Shown piece after piece: positions 24,461 through 37,657 of a stretch of DNA of 64,000 bases. Under the pieces are notes generated by a model. The model worked only from the letters and a program-made list of their open reading frames with translations. It was not told the origin of the DNA and made no database searches. The position numbers and the translations under genes were made by a program. Source of the DNA: Octopus vulgaris (Eukaryota); NCBI GenBank assembly GCA_951406725.2, contig OX597819.1, positions 29,264,001 through 29,328,000 of the forward strand, given 5' to 3'. The stretch's first letter is position 1; the number at the start of each line of letters is the position of its first letter.

Positions 24461-26156
24461 ACAGAGTAGAATAAGAAAAAGAAAGTACTTGGAACAGTAT
24501 TATATACAAATAGTTTGTCTAGTAATTTTCCACTTTGAAGATAAGATGTATATAAACACCTAATTTATAAAACCTAATAATTAAAATGGAAAAATTATCA
24601 GAAAAGCCATTTCTATTCATTTTTCCAAACATCTGTATATTTGTGTGAGTGTGTGTGAGTGGTGAAATATATGGGTTCATAGAATCCTGTTGCTATCACA
24701 GTAAGCTGCTCTAGTGAACCTGGCTATCATAGCACATAGTAATCCAATATGGAGGAGTATAATGCATTGTTGCATGCAGCTGAAGTCCAGGAGATCCAAT
24801 CAATGAAACTATTTCATGAGAATATACAGCATAGAAAGCAAAGAGATTTGAGAGGTGAATATAGTTAATTAACCTCTTGATGACAGTAAGATTACAGCTG
24901 TTTCACAGCCTTCATCATGCAATAATAATTTCAGTGCGTAATAAACTGTTTTACATGTCTGCACCAATATGTAAGCTATGCAGTGTAGAATATAATTATA
25001 CATTTACAAATCAATGCAAATATACAAGGTTAGCTCTTCAGATCATCAGAATATCATGGTTACACCAATGCTTCAACTCTGGGCTGTGAAACAACTGTAA
25101 GGCTATGGATATCAAGTGGTTAAATAAATATACTCACCTCTCATACCTCCTGACTTTTTATGACACACACACATGTATGTATATACAATGGGCATCTTTC
25201 AGTTTCTGCCAACTGAATCCACTCAAGGCTTTGGTCAGCCTGTGACTATAATAGAAGGCACTTTCTTAAGTTACAGTGAGACTGAACAGGAAACTTTGTG
25301 GCTGGGAGGCAAACTTCTTATTACACACCATGCCTGCACCTTTATATATTCACAAACTAAATGTTCGCATAGTTTGTCTATATAAATGTGCAGATATCAA
25401 TATATAACAAAAAAATGTGAGCATAGCTTGTTTGTCTACAGAAATGTATAGATGTCAACACAAAGAAAATGTGTGCATTGTTTATTTGCCTGCATAAATG
25501 TCTAGATGTCTACACAGTCTTAGCAAAGAAAACTCTGTCCATATTTTGTTTGACATATCTATTTGTTACAATCAATACAAACACATGTTTTCTTTCAATG
25601 GAAGTAATTAAAGTTGAAACAGTTTTAGAGCATCTGTCTACAATTAAAACTCTGTTGTGATAATTTAAAATTAATTGCATCTCATTGTCTATCAATCAGT
25701 GTCAAGCAAAACTGTTTATGTGTAAATATATATCTTGTTTCCTGTTTTGGTTTTAGCCTGAAATACATTGAAAATTTACGCTGTATTATTGTTAAGAAGT
25801 TAATCTAGTCTTCTAATCAATCAGTTGTCATTACTGAATGACATATCAAACCAGGAAATATTCTTAAAATATATATGAATTGGAATTAATTTTTGAAAAT
25901 ATAAAAACAATCAAAAACATAAATGAAATCTTATCTTTTACTGGTTTCAGTCATTGAACTGTAGCTATGCAAGGGTGCCACTCTGAAAGGTTTAGTTAGA
26001 CAAATCAACCTCTATACTTAATTTTTAAATATTCTACCAGACTCTTTTGCTGAACTACTAAGTAATGGTTGTTAAATAGTGGGAGGAGAGAGAGAGACAC
26101 ATACACACAAACACAAACAGAGGATGAGCTATTACAAGATGGTGTGACTGAACCTG

Positions 26157-26463
26157 TTTGTTTGTTCCTTTTCGAGCCATGCCTGGCTCATAAGGGCTGG
26201 TTTCCCGGTTTCTTGGTGTATAGGTTTCCCACCTGGACAGGATGCCAGTCCGTCGCAGGTGAGCTGCAAGATGCAGGAGGAAAGAGTGAGAGAAAGTTGT
26301 GGCGAAATAGTCAACAGAAGTCTCGCCATTACCTTCTGCCGGAGCCGCGTGGAGTTTAGGTGTTTCGCTCATAAACACACACATCGCCCGGTCTGGGATT
26401 CGAACCCGCGATCCCTCAACCGCAAGTCCACTGCTCTAACCACTAGGCCATGTGCCTCCACAC
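26157..26463 (-). mobile_element. Young tRNA-derived SINE family E (OR1/OR2-like) inside a family A copy (25930-26525)
   Basis: Head gtggaggcacatggcctagtggttagagcag...gggttcgaatccc, (AAAC)n tail, 14-bp TSD tgtgactgaacctg at 26143-26156 and 26464-26477. OR1/OR2 naming is from recall. Confidence 0.9.
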
Positions 26464-26999
26464 TGTGACTGAACCTGGAACCATATAGTTGGGAAGAAAA
26501 CCCTATTTTATCAAACAGCTATTCCTACTACTTCATAGCACTTCACACCTATATATTTAGTCTATCAAAAACTACCTCAAAGGAGATGGGGTTTAATTTA
26601 GACAAAAAGGAAAAGAGCAATTTTCCATCTTGACTGATTTTGTGTAATCCTGTATATTCTGCAATGTAATTCTGAAGCAAAACCAACAATTAGTTTTTCA
26701 AAAGTTTTGTTATGAATAAATCTCATTGAAAACATTAATTCTAAGTTTTCCAACAGACCAAATTATTAGCATAGGCACAGAGCTTATAAATAAAGAATAC
26801 TGAAATAGTATAATAAAGAATCTAAAAATAGCATTTCAGATGATATGGATGCTTTACTTAAAAACAAATTGTGATTTACCTGGTTAAAAGGTTATTCAAA
26901 GGCTGAAGTCTAAGAAAGAAAAAAGAAAATGAGAAATATTTCTATTTCACCCAAGAATTATTCGATGCTTTCTGAAGACCAATTTCTCATAACTGATAT

Positions 27000-27355
27000 A
27001 AGGTTTCAGGTTCAGTCCCACTAAATGACACTGAAGAAAGACTTGTAAGTGCCTTGGCAGGCAGAAATTGAAAGAAGTTGATTGTGTGTTATATGTATAC
27101 ATGAGTATGTGTTTGTGTAACTGTGTCCTTGCCTTGACATCATGTGATAGTTGTGTGCATCACCATCTTGTAAGTCATGTCCTTTGTTTCCAATCTTCCA
27201 TGGCAACATGTCCAACTATGGGGAAATGTTACCTTACTTGGAAACAGGTGAGGGTTGGTGATAGGAAGGACATCCACCTAGAGAAAATCTGCTTCAATAA
27301 ATTCCATCTAACCCATGCAAGCATGGGGATGTGGATGTTAAACTGATGATGATGT
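27000..27355 (+). mobile_element. SINE family A'
   Basis: ggttcagtcccact B box ... cccatgcaagcatggggatgtggatgttaaactgatgatgatg tail. Confidence 0.75.
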
Positions 27356-27540
27356 TGAATAGCCTCAAGCTACATGTTGATCTAAGTTTACATACTAAAT
27401 GTTTATATTGAAGTGGTTGGGTGGTAAGAAGCTTGCTTCTCAACCACATGGTTCTGGGTTTGGTCCCACAGTGTGGTAAGTATTTTGTACTATAACCTTT
27501 TATCCATGTTTGTCACCCACCACTGCTTGACAATTGGTGT

Positions 27541-27842
27541 CAAGGAAAATATTAGATTTATAAGCCCTAAAAATTCACTCCATAATTACCCATGGGCATA
27601 TGGCGTAGTGGTTAAGAGCACGGGCTACTAATCCCAAGATTCCGAGTTCGATTCCAATAATAATAATAATAATAACACTGAAAAATACCTTAGGAATGGG
27701 AACCCAGGTTCGAAATTTCCCCAAGACACTTGATGAAGGCTGGAGGGTATATTAGCTGAAATGTGTTAACAACAAAAAAAATGAGGACAAATATTCGTCA
27801 AACATAAATAATGTATAATTCCTCATCTCTTAAATACAGAAC
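27541..27842 (+). mobile_element. tRNA-headed element with decayed hammerhead-like tail, inserted in a family A SINE (27415-27989)
   Basis: A box TGGCGTAGTGG 27601-11, B box GAGTTCGATTCC 27644-55, (AAT)n linker, hammerhead-like motif 27725-27767. Confidence 0.65.
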
Positions 27843-28092
27843 TTAGTAGTTCATCAAAAGAGACTGATAGGAAAGTACTAGCCTTAAAAAAAAAAACGAA
27901 GTCCTGGGGTTGATTTGTTTGATAAAAACCCTTCAAGGCAGTGCCCCAGCATGGCCACAGTCAAATGACTGAAACAAGTAAAAGATAAATGATTAAATTG
28001 CAACACACACACACACAAATGCATGCACACACACGCAGAGTAGAACCCAAACTATTATGCTCGAATAGTGATCACATTATACATATGCACAT

Positions 28093-28490
28093 GTGGCGTA
28101 GGAGTGGCTGTGTGGTAAGTAGTTTGCTTACCAACCACATCGCTCTGGGTTCAGTCCCGCTGCGTGGCACCTTTGGCACTTCTACTATAGCCTCGGCCGA
28201 CCAAAGCCTTGTGAGTGGATTTGGTAGACGGAAACTGAAAGAAGCTCGTCGTATATATGTATATGCGTGTGTGCGTATGTTTGTCGGTCTGTGTTTGTCC
28301 TCCCCCCAACATCGCTTAACAACCGATGCCGGTGTGTTTATGTCCCCGTAACTTAGCGGTTCGGCAAAAGAGACCGATAGAATAAGTACTAGGCTTACAA
28401 AGAATAAGTCCTGGGGTCGATTTGCTCGACTAAAGGCAGTGCTCCAGCATGGCCAAAGTCAAATGACTGAAACAAGTAAAAGAGTAAGAG
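28093..28490 (+). mobile_element. SINE family A, young reference copy
   Basis: tRNA-like head (A box tggctgtgtgg, B box ggttcagtccc), internal (TA)/(TG) microsatellite, tail ...aatgactgaaacaagtaaaagagtaagag. CpGs retained. Confidence 0.9.
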
Positions 28491-29074
28491 AGAGAGTATG
28501 TAATGGTTATTGCATATTATATACATGCAAATATGATTTTGTACGTTATGTGTGCATTTATACATATGCACATATAATATCTTTGTATTTTATACGTAAT
28601 GCACATAAAATGGCTTCATATATTAAGCTTGTGCATATACGATGACTATCTACTTTATAGATATGCGCAGTTTATACATTGTTAGTGCAAATTATTTTCA
28701 TCCAAACATTAACGTTCTTTTTTTCCCTTAAATTATAGCATTAATTAACTGTTTCAGTTGTTCTAATTAGAATGGCTCAATATAGTTGTCAAGCAATTTG
28801 AATTTTAATCCCTTGAGTGATGATCATCATTTATTTTTGTACATTAAGCCACACTGCTTACCAATGTGGAAACCTGATTAGCTTAGCAGTCACAAGCGGT
28901 GAAAATAGAACGTTTTCATTTATTTGCCTTTTACTGTTCTTTTTGTTCCTTTTACTTGTTTCAGTCATTGGACCGTGGCCATGCTGGAACACTGTCATGT
29001 AGGGTTTAGTCAGAAAAAAATGAACCTCAGTACTTACATGTGTATGTATGTGTGTGTGTGTATATATATATATA

Positions 29075-29189
29075 CATAAAATCAATAATTATATATAAAA
29101 TCAATAATTATATATATACATATATATATATACATAAAATCAATAATTATATATACATATATATATATATATATATAAGAATCAATAAT

Positions 29190-29221
<32 letters not shown>

Positions 29222-29372
29222 GAATCAATAATTATATATACATATATATATATATATAGAATCAATAATTATATATACATATATATATATATATATAGAA
29301 TCAATAATTATATATATATATATATATATAGAATCAATAATTATATATATATATATATATATATAGAATCAA

Positions 29373-29408
<36 letters not shown>

Positions 29409-29607
29409 CAATAATTATATATATATATATATATATATATAGAATCAATAATTATATATATATATATATAAAATCAATAATTATATATATATATATATAT
29501 ATATATAGAATCAATAATTATATATATATATATAAAATCAATAATTATATATATATATATATATATATAGAATCAATAATTATATATATATATATATATA
29601 AAATCAA

Positions 29608-29639
<32 letters not shown>

Positions 29640-29955
29640 ATCAATAATTATATATATATATATATATATAAAATCAATAATTATATATATATATATATAA
29701 AAATCAATAATTATATATATATATATATATAAAATCAATAATTATATATATATATATATATATATATAAAATCAATAATTATATATATATATATATATAT
29801 AAAATCAATAATTATATATATATATATATATAAAATCAATAATTATATATATATATATATATATAAATCAATAATTATATATATATATATATATATAAAA
29901 TCAATAATTATATATATATATATATAAAAATCAATAATTATATATATATATATAT
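29075..29955. repeat. Compound minisatellite [aatcaataat(TA)n], roughly 28 units
   Basis: Invariant aatcaataat spacer between variable (TA)n runs; unit count estimated by eye. Confidence 0.95.
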
Positions 29956-30248
29956 CATGTGACCGATCACGCTATCAGATGTTGCTACACATCGCTGGTC
30001 ACAATGCGCATTGCATTGTTTTAGCCTTCAAATGATGCTGGCTAAGCGAGCAGGCCAACAGAAGAAAGAGTGACAGAAAGTTGTGGCAAAAGAGTACAGC
30101 AGGGATCGTCACCACCCCATGCTGGAGCCTCGTGGAGCTTTAGGTGTTTTCGCTCAATAAACACTCACAACGCCCGGTCTGGGAATCGAAACCGCGATCC
30201 TACGACCGCAAGTTCGCTGCCCTAACCACTGGGCCATTGCACCTCCAC
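29956..30248 (-). mobile_element. tRNA-derived SINE with family E head and a different tail
   Basis: Head gtggaggtgcaatggcccagtggttagggcag...tttcgattcccagaccgggcg and core shared with 26157-26463; 3' part unrelated. Inserted in (TA)n. Confidence 0.85.
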
Positions 30249-30265
30249 TATATATATATAAATCT

Positions 30266-30484
30266 ATAATTTTATTAAGGGAGAAAGTGAAAACAAGACT
30301 TATCTCCTCCATACTGAGTTAATGTCCAATCATTGCATTGGCTGACTTAGGGTTACGCTAGATGACACTTGCTCAAAGTTTTGTTTCTGCAAAATGAGTT
30401 TCTTAACCACACAGCCATGCCAGCACTTCAACTCAGTATGGAGGAGATAAGTATTGTTTCAACTTTCTCCCTTAAAATAATTAT
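30266..30484. mobile_element. Foldback element 3: inverted arms of about 55 bp enclosing SINE-derived sequence
   Basis: Arms 30266-30320 (..aagggagaaagt..acttatctcctccatactgagtt) and 30430-30484 (aactcagtatggaggagataagt..actttctccctt), flanked by (TA)n. Confidence 0.7.
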
Positions 30485-30574
30485 ATATATACACACACAC
30501 ACAAACATGTGTCTATATGTATGTATGTGTGTGTATCATATATATATATATACACACATACACACACATGCACA

Positions 30575-30740
30575 TGCTGGGCTTGCACAAAATTTCTGTC
30601 CAACAAATCCACTCACAAAGCATTGGTTGACTTAGGACTATAGTATATGACACTTGCCCAAGGAACTGTGCAGTGGGACTGAACCTGAATCCACATGGTT
30701 GCAAAAGGAGCTTCTTAACCACACAGCCATGCCAGCACTT
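30575..30740 (-). mobile_element. Family A SINE head (its tail lies at about 28945-29035)
   Basis: aaatccactcacaaagc...gacacttgcccaagg...cagtgggactgaacc. Confidence 0.75.
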
Positions 30741-31049
30741 ATGTTGAAGATTTTGATATTTTTTTCATAACTACTGTCAAAATACTGTTCAATTTGTCTT
30801 TTTTCAGAGACAAAAAGCTCCTTGTATTAAAATGATGAGAAATGAATATTAATTTCATTTTGCTGCTGTAAAATATTACAACTTATAAGAAGAATGGTTA
30901 TTCAACGAATACTAACAAACAGCACCAGATTTACTAATTCCACACGATGAACATTACATTGATAATACAGTTCAGTTTAAATAAAAGAAAATATAACACT
31001 GCACCTCCTTGCATCATTGCAGCTTTTGAATGATGCCAACTCATTGCCT

Positions 31050-31205
31050 AAGAGGGTAGTTCAACATCCACCCTCAACAAAATGCCAGCCTGTTGCAGGG
31101 TTACCCATTTACAACTGAGTGGAGGACTGGGGCAATGTGAAATTAAGTGTTTTGCTCAAGAACACAATGCACTGCTTGGCCTGGGAACTGAAACTACGAC
31201 TTGCT
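31050..31205 (-). mobile_element. SINE family D fragment
   Basis: ttacccatttacaactgagtgga...tgtgaaattaagtgttttgctcaagaacacaa. Confidence 0.7.
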
Positions 31206-34072
31206 CCAATGTCTCATTGTAACATGGTTTCTGAAAATGGATGTCCTTCCTAACACCAACCACATTACAGAGAGTTCTCAATGCATTTTCTCATGGTACC
31301 AGTACTACAGAGGTTGCCTTGCCATCAGGCAAACCAAAGAGTACTCTCAAGCAGCGTTATTGTTATCCAAATCATTTATGAATCACAGGGTCTACTCAGT
31401 CTGCTTTGTGGTACCAACATTTTTGGAGTTACCTTGCAGCTTGCAAAATTAGAGAGAGGACCCGTGGTAGAAGAAATGGATTTATTGTGTGAGGATGGTA
31501 ATTGAAAGAGTAATAGGGATGATAGCATTAGATGGAGAGTAATGGATACAGAAGAGATGGCAAGGGTAATAACAGGGTCTAGTGTAAAGATGAGGTGGCA
31601 AATGGTAATGGGGTGGGTGGAGGAGAGGGATCGATGATGGGGGTGAGTCATTTTGTCTACCCTACTAGTGTGGGTTTGATGGTTCATAAGAGACCAAGAT
31701 AGTTCTTGTTGGAATTACACAGGTTTATTGTTGAGAAGAATTGGTACAGGAAAAATCAACAGAAACAGTGGAGGGGTGGGGTGAGAGGGAAAGGGAAAAG
31801 TAGTATGAGAAGGTTAGTGAGAGAGAATTAGAGAGGGACAGGTTGGTGAAGAGGGTTGAGAAAGAAGAGATGCAGTGCTACTCTGTGTTATTATACTTGG
31901 GTGGATAAAGTGGTGCACAAAAGAATGATAAGATGGAAGTGGGTAACAGGATGGAAAAGAAGTGCTAGACGATTAGAGAGAAAAGGGTCACAGAAAGAAG
32001 TGTGAAGAGGAGTGAAGATGAAGTAAGAGGTGATAGGAGGTGATGCACTGCTACTCCACACTATATATGGATGGGCAGAGTGGTGAGTGAAGGAGAGACA
32101 AGATGAAGCGGAAGGGCCCCATTGGCATATCCAAGAGAGTGTAGTGATGAAGATGACAGAAAACCATGCCAGCTGGTGATACACAATGCTGCAGAAGAGC
32201 TAACCCCTGCAGAAGCTTAGTGCATGCACCTCTTCCATGCCTTGATTTGTGCAGACATTCTCTTCATTCCCATTCTATACCTTAAGCATCCTCTCACCAT
32301 GTATTATTCTAACCACTTTGCCTATTCTGTACCCCCATTTTTTATTCACCACGGTACCCATAAATGAGAGAAAAGTACTTGTGCATATTGAATATCTCCC
32401 TCTCCCATACCTTCACCACCCTGTCGATCATGTATTTCCCCGTGGCCATGGGGAAATATAATCTCATTTGGGAGTTGGTGAGAGTAATGGCATCTGACCA
32501 TAGATAATCTGCCTTAATGAATTCTGTCTGAACCATGCAAGCATAGAAAAGAAGACATTAAAATGATGCTGATGATGATGATGATGATGATGATGAAATA
32601 GTCATTTAAAGAGAATGATTTACATAATACATTTTCTGCACTTTTGTGTAATAAAAGTTTTCTTATAACTACAAACTTATTTGGATATGTTGAAATAAAA
32701 AAAAAAAAAAAGAATACTAATGTGTTCCCCAAAATGTTTCTACCGCATAAGAATTGTTTGGAGGAGGGGCAGAAAATTATACAAGACACAGTAGCGAGAA
32801 ATATTTGCAGTATTTCTGTTTCATATGCCATAATGACAGCTTACTTCAAGATAGATTAAACATGGTTCTCTGTAAAGTAAATTTTGATTTATTTTCTTTT
32901 TTGAAATTTTGTATCAGTGAAATAAATGCTATTATATTTTGTGTATTGAGTTAATGAACCTACATAGAATTGCAGAATATTTGTGACAATATGCAGAAAC
33001 AAAAATATAATGAAATTAAACAGGAAAAGAATAGAAAACCAAAAAAAAAAAAAAAAAAGGATGACATAAAATAATAGCAGAAAAAGGACAAGTAAAGTTA
33101 CTTAGTGAAAAATATATACAGACTTGTTAAATATTTCCGGAGAAAATAACATTGAAAAGCATAAAAACAAGCTGGTCAATATAGACTTATCAAGTTATCT
33201 GAATGAAGGAAGAATAACAATGAGATAGTCAGTCATAAAACTGAATTTGGTTAATAAAATAAACAGGACAAGTGAATTAATTTAATTAGATATTGATAAA
33301 AATAATATTAAATCAACAGACTTGTAAATTCTTGCTTTCAGAACTAGCTGTCATCTAAGACAGTGGCTCAATTGGTAAAGTGCTTGAATTATAGGCTTTT
33401 CATACTTAAAAAGAAGTTCAATGAAAGATATCACGAATGATATGATATTCTGGGGGAAATTATTCTCGAGTGATTATGAGAAGAACTACCATAACAATGT
33501 ATTACTAGAGATCAATAGGATACTTTAATGAGTTTCTCTAATGAAGTGATCTACTTTAAAACATCATAAATATAAGTAGACTTCTCTCAAACAGATGTCT
33601 ACAAATATATACTAACATACACACATATATACAAATACACACACACACACACAGAAGTATCTTTTTACATAGATGCATCCACATTGAGAAACACACATGC
33701 CTACAGGATAAACATGGATATAGGTAAGTGTATGTGTGTGTGTGGGGGGGGGGGAGTCATTCACCTTTAGTTTCCAAGCTTTCATTTGTAGTTTTGAAAA
33801 TTGTATCAAGTATAGCATCTGACACAGTAAATCACTAAACCAAGTGATGGTAGCATTTACTAAGTGCTGCTGACAGACAAACATATAATCTCTGGATATT
33901 GAGCAGGATATTTGTACAGTGTTGTGAATAACTCATCCATTATCAATGAGTAGGTGGCAGTAGCTTGCTTGCAACAAATGGCGACTGATATGTTAGTTAC
34001 TAAGAATGAAGTCAACAAAGCCTTAGCTGCTTTTTAAGTGGCAAACCCTTGAATTTGGATTAGAGGACTGTC

Positions 34073-34300
34073 TTAATCCTTTAGTTAATATATTTCTTTT
34101 GAGATACACTCCCTTTATTTCAATTCATTTTGAAAATAATAAAAAAAATTAGTAAAATAGTTGTCAAAATCAAGCTGGTGTTTGGAACATAAATTAACTA
34201 AAAATTTTGATGAAAAGTTTTAATTCAGATCTTTTAGAACAGTAAGATGTATCACAAAACTAGGGAACAATCTCAGCTCAGTTGGTATCAAAAGGCTTAA
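34073..34300. mobile_element. MITE family G copy
   Basis: TTAA-tcctttagtta...gttggtatcaaaaggc-TTAA. Confidence 0.75.
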
Positions 34301-35569
34301 GGCTCACTGGCATGAAAAGGATATCTCACAGGAGTTTAGAGATATCTCAGTAATCTACTCCTGTAAACAGGAATGAATTCTTCCTATGCCAACTACCAAG
34401 ACATGTTCTTACTGTTAGTTGGTGGAAAGTCCCTTGCCTGAGTAATACTGAACTGGATGCATGTCCATAAACTTCTGTCTGACTGGATAATAAACAACTT
34501 CCAAATATATTTCCTACAGTAAGATGATAAGGAAAAATGTTTTGACATTACATAATACTAATACTACAAGGACATCACTGAGCTCTCAATAAAAATTGTC
34601 AACAACAATACTAAGTTGGGGCAGCGTTGTTGCTGAGAGATCTGAGTAAACCAAGTGCAGACTTGTCAGCCACTTTCAGACATAGCCAATGAGTTCTTCA
34701 GATGCATGTTATAGCTATCAACCATTACAAAGATTAAAAACGTGTGTGTGATTCTGAGTATGTTCATATGTTATTCTCTAGCATATACTTATTGTTTATT
34801 TATTATAAAAGCTGAGGCTTATGAAGTTGGAATTTATATCAATTTCAAAAGTATTTAGGTTGAAAGTAAAAGAATACACTGAAACAGCAGGAAATGAAGT
34901 ACCTTGCTCAAGGATACAACAAGACATCTGGTCTGAGAAAGAATACCATAACTCTGCAATCACCCTAACTCAACCATTAGGCTGTGTGCCTTCCACTTTC
35001 TTTATTATATTGTCACTTAATCACTGTCATTAATGACACCAACATAAAGTCTACATTTATAAAAAATATTTATTTATACCAAAACAGTCATCAATATTAG
35101 CATAAGAAAACAAATGATTATATGATGAAATGATTTTATCAAATTGTTTTCTCATTCACCAGTTTCGATAATCATAGTGTGATTATTATGGTTTTAAAGT
35201 TGGTAAGTTTTTCTTATCCTTTCTTGAACATAGTCATTAAAAAAATATTGTCTTGAACAGCATATTTTAGTAATAAGAGAATTAAGAATAGCAATTCTGA
35301 ATAATTTAATTTGTAAAGAATTCTTAATTTGAAGTTTTGTGTTAAATTATAGTATTTTGAGATTTTTCTTTTAAAAAGAACTCCCATCATTAATATATTT
35401 AGTGTATTACTGTAGAGCTGTGTTACTTAATTCCCTCATATAACTATCAAACAGTTTATAAATAATGTTTGTCTGAGAAACACCAATGTTTTTAAAGAAA
35501 CTTAGACTTCCAAAGGCTTTTAGTAATCAGACCCATAGGTAATGTTGGATATTCAAAGTCATAAAAAGA

Positions 35570-35782
35570 TCATGACTTAAGTGAGCTGAGACCAGAGCAA
35601 ACTCTGACTGGAGTGAGCTCTTACCTAAGTGACCTCTGATCTGAGTGAACTCTGATCCAAGTGAGCTCTATTTTAGGTTAGCTGGAGCCTAGATAAACTG
35701 TGATTTAAGTGAGCTTCAATTTAGATAAGCTGTGACTCAGGCAAACTATGATCCACGTGAATAGAAACTCAGGTTAGCTGCA
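35570..35782. repeat. Degenerate 20-bp minisatellite, about 10 units
   Basis: Periodic gtgagctctgatct.a / gtgaactctgatccaa / gttagctg motifs at 20-nt spacing. Confidence 0.7.
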
Positions 35783-36596
35783 ACATTCCTGTTGACAAAA
35801 CCAACTACTCAACAAATCATAGCCTACAGGATTATGCAATTTGCTACAAAAAGCAACCAATTCTTCCTCAAAAAACACTTCTTTCTTAAAAAAGTAACAT
35901 TAGATAATGCTGTCCAGATGCATTATATGTGAAAATAAGGTGGAATGGTTATAGTTAGAATATTATTGATTATAGGTTTACTCAATTTACTAATGATTGT
36001 CCTGAGACTAAACACATACAAGCCAACAAAGGAACTTCTGCAAGACTGTACAGCCTTCTAGAAATAGCAACCAAATCGCCCTCAAATCATACATGCCACT
36101 AAAAAAAAAAGAAAGATGGGGATGGTTAGGGAGTTGAAATGCTTTTCATTATAGGTCAGCTTATTTAGCTCTGACTTGGTGCAAAATAATAACATCCAAA
36201 ACAGATTCCATTATGAAAATTTGAAAATTGTTTCAAGATGGAGTCACAGTTTCATGTTTAAACATTTTTTTGCATGAAGATTAGCTTCAAAGTTTTAATT
36301 GCTTGAAGTATATACTAATTGATATATTCCATGAAATACAAAGAAAATTTCTTCTTTGTATTTCATCCTGCCAAGCTATATCTGAAAAGTTGTCTAAAGG
36401 AATAATTTATTATTCAGGGGTTGTTTAGGTATTACTTAACATCACTGATCTAGTTGCAAGTAGCATTTTAAGTGTCATTTTAATGCAAGCATCAACATTT
36501 TTCTTTGTTAGAATCTCAGAGTTGCTTGTTAGTAAGATGACACTCCTTTATCTTGCCTATTCATGTCAATCAATGTTTCAATGTTTTATAGTAAGG

Positions 36597-36902
36597 TCAT
36601 CATCATCATTTAACGTCTGTTTTCCATGCTAGCATGGGTTGGACAGTTCAATCGGGGTCTGGTAAGCCATGGAGGCTGCACAAGGCTCTAGTCTGATTTG
36701 GCAGTACTTCTACAGCTGGATGCCCTTCCTAACGCCAACCACTCCGTGAGTGTAGTGGGTGTTTTTTACGTGCCACCGGCACAGGAGCCAGAGCAGGCTG
36801 GCAAATGGCCATGATCAGTTGGTGCTTTTATGTGTCACCGACACGGACGCCAGTCAGGCAACGCTAGTATCTGCCACATTCGGACGGTGCTTTTTACGTG
36901 TC
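36597..36902 (-). mobile_element. RTE-X LINE 3' UTR copy with internal ggtgcttttacgtgccac repeats
   Basis: catcatcatttaacgtctgttttccatgctagcatggg tail; three ggtg(c/t)ttttta(c/t)gtg units. Confidence 0.8.
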
Positions 36903-37394
36903 CTACATATATAATATAAGGAGTTGAAAATTTTCAGTCAACTGAAATTAGCCAAGCTAATAACAGACAAAAATCTCCCACTAGGGAGTGTTCAATATCT
37001 AAAAGCAACAACAGAGTTAACTGCAATAAAATCAACAAACTGAAATTTGGGGGGGGGGGAATACAGATGCAGGTGGATGTGAAGTGGTGACAGTAACATA
37101 CCTGTTTCAATCCAATTAAACCTTCCCAGTGAAATATGTTCAACTCAGTTGACAAGACTAAGAAGTGATTAGTTTATCTAGAAAATTACAGGGAAAGCAG
37201 AGATCATGATTATGTCAACAATATGTCTGAGAAAATACACACAAGATGAGCATTCTGTATTCTAAATGCATGCATGCAGTGAGTTGAAAACCATTGATAA
37301 ATTTGAGGTTATTCATTCAGTCAACAAAAGCTCCCTCTAAGTATGTTCAAAATCTAAAATCAACAAGCAAGAGACAACAGCTATGACATCAACT

Positions 37395-37657
37395 GTAATA
37401 ATAAATAAATGCACTTTTTAAAGCCTAGCCAGGCTCATGGGACTGGTTTCCCGGTTTCTATGGTGTATGTGTTCCGCAGCTGAATGGGATGCCAGTCCAT
37501 CGCAGCGTTACTCATTTTTACCAGCTGAGTGAACTGGAGCAACGTGAAATGAAGTGTTTTACTCAAGAACACAACACATCGCCCGGTCCAGGAATCGAAA
37601 CCACAATCTTACGATCATGGTGCTGACACCCTAACCACCAAGCCACGTGCCTCCACG
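37395..37657 (-). mobile_element. SINE with family D head/core and family E tail
   Basis: 11-bp TSD tgacatcaact at 37384-37394 and 37658-37668. Tail ggctcat..ctggtttcccggtttc..gatgccagtcc.tcgcag as in 26157-26463. Confidence 0.85.

Noticed and set aside
27594-27660. Functional tRNA gene
   Set aside because: A and B boxes are present, but the 3' acceptor strand is replaced by (AAT)n; treated as a SINE head. The same applies to the other tRNA-like heads.
29075-29955. CRISPR-like repeat/spacer periodicity
   Set aside because: Spacers are only (TA)n, the context is eukaryotic and there are no cas genes.
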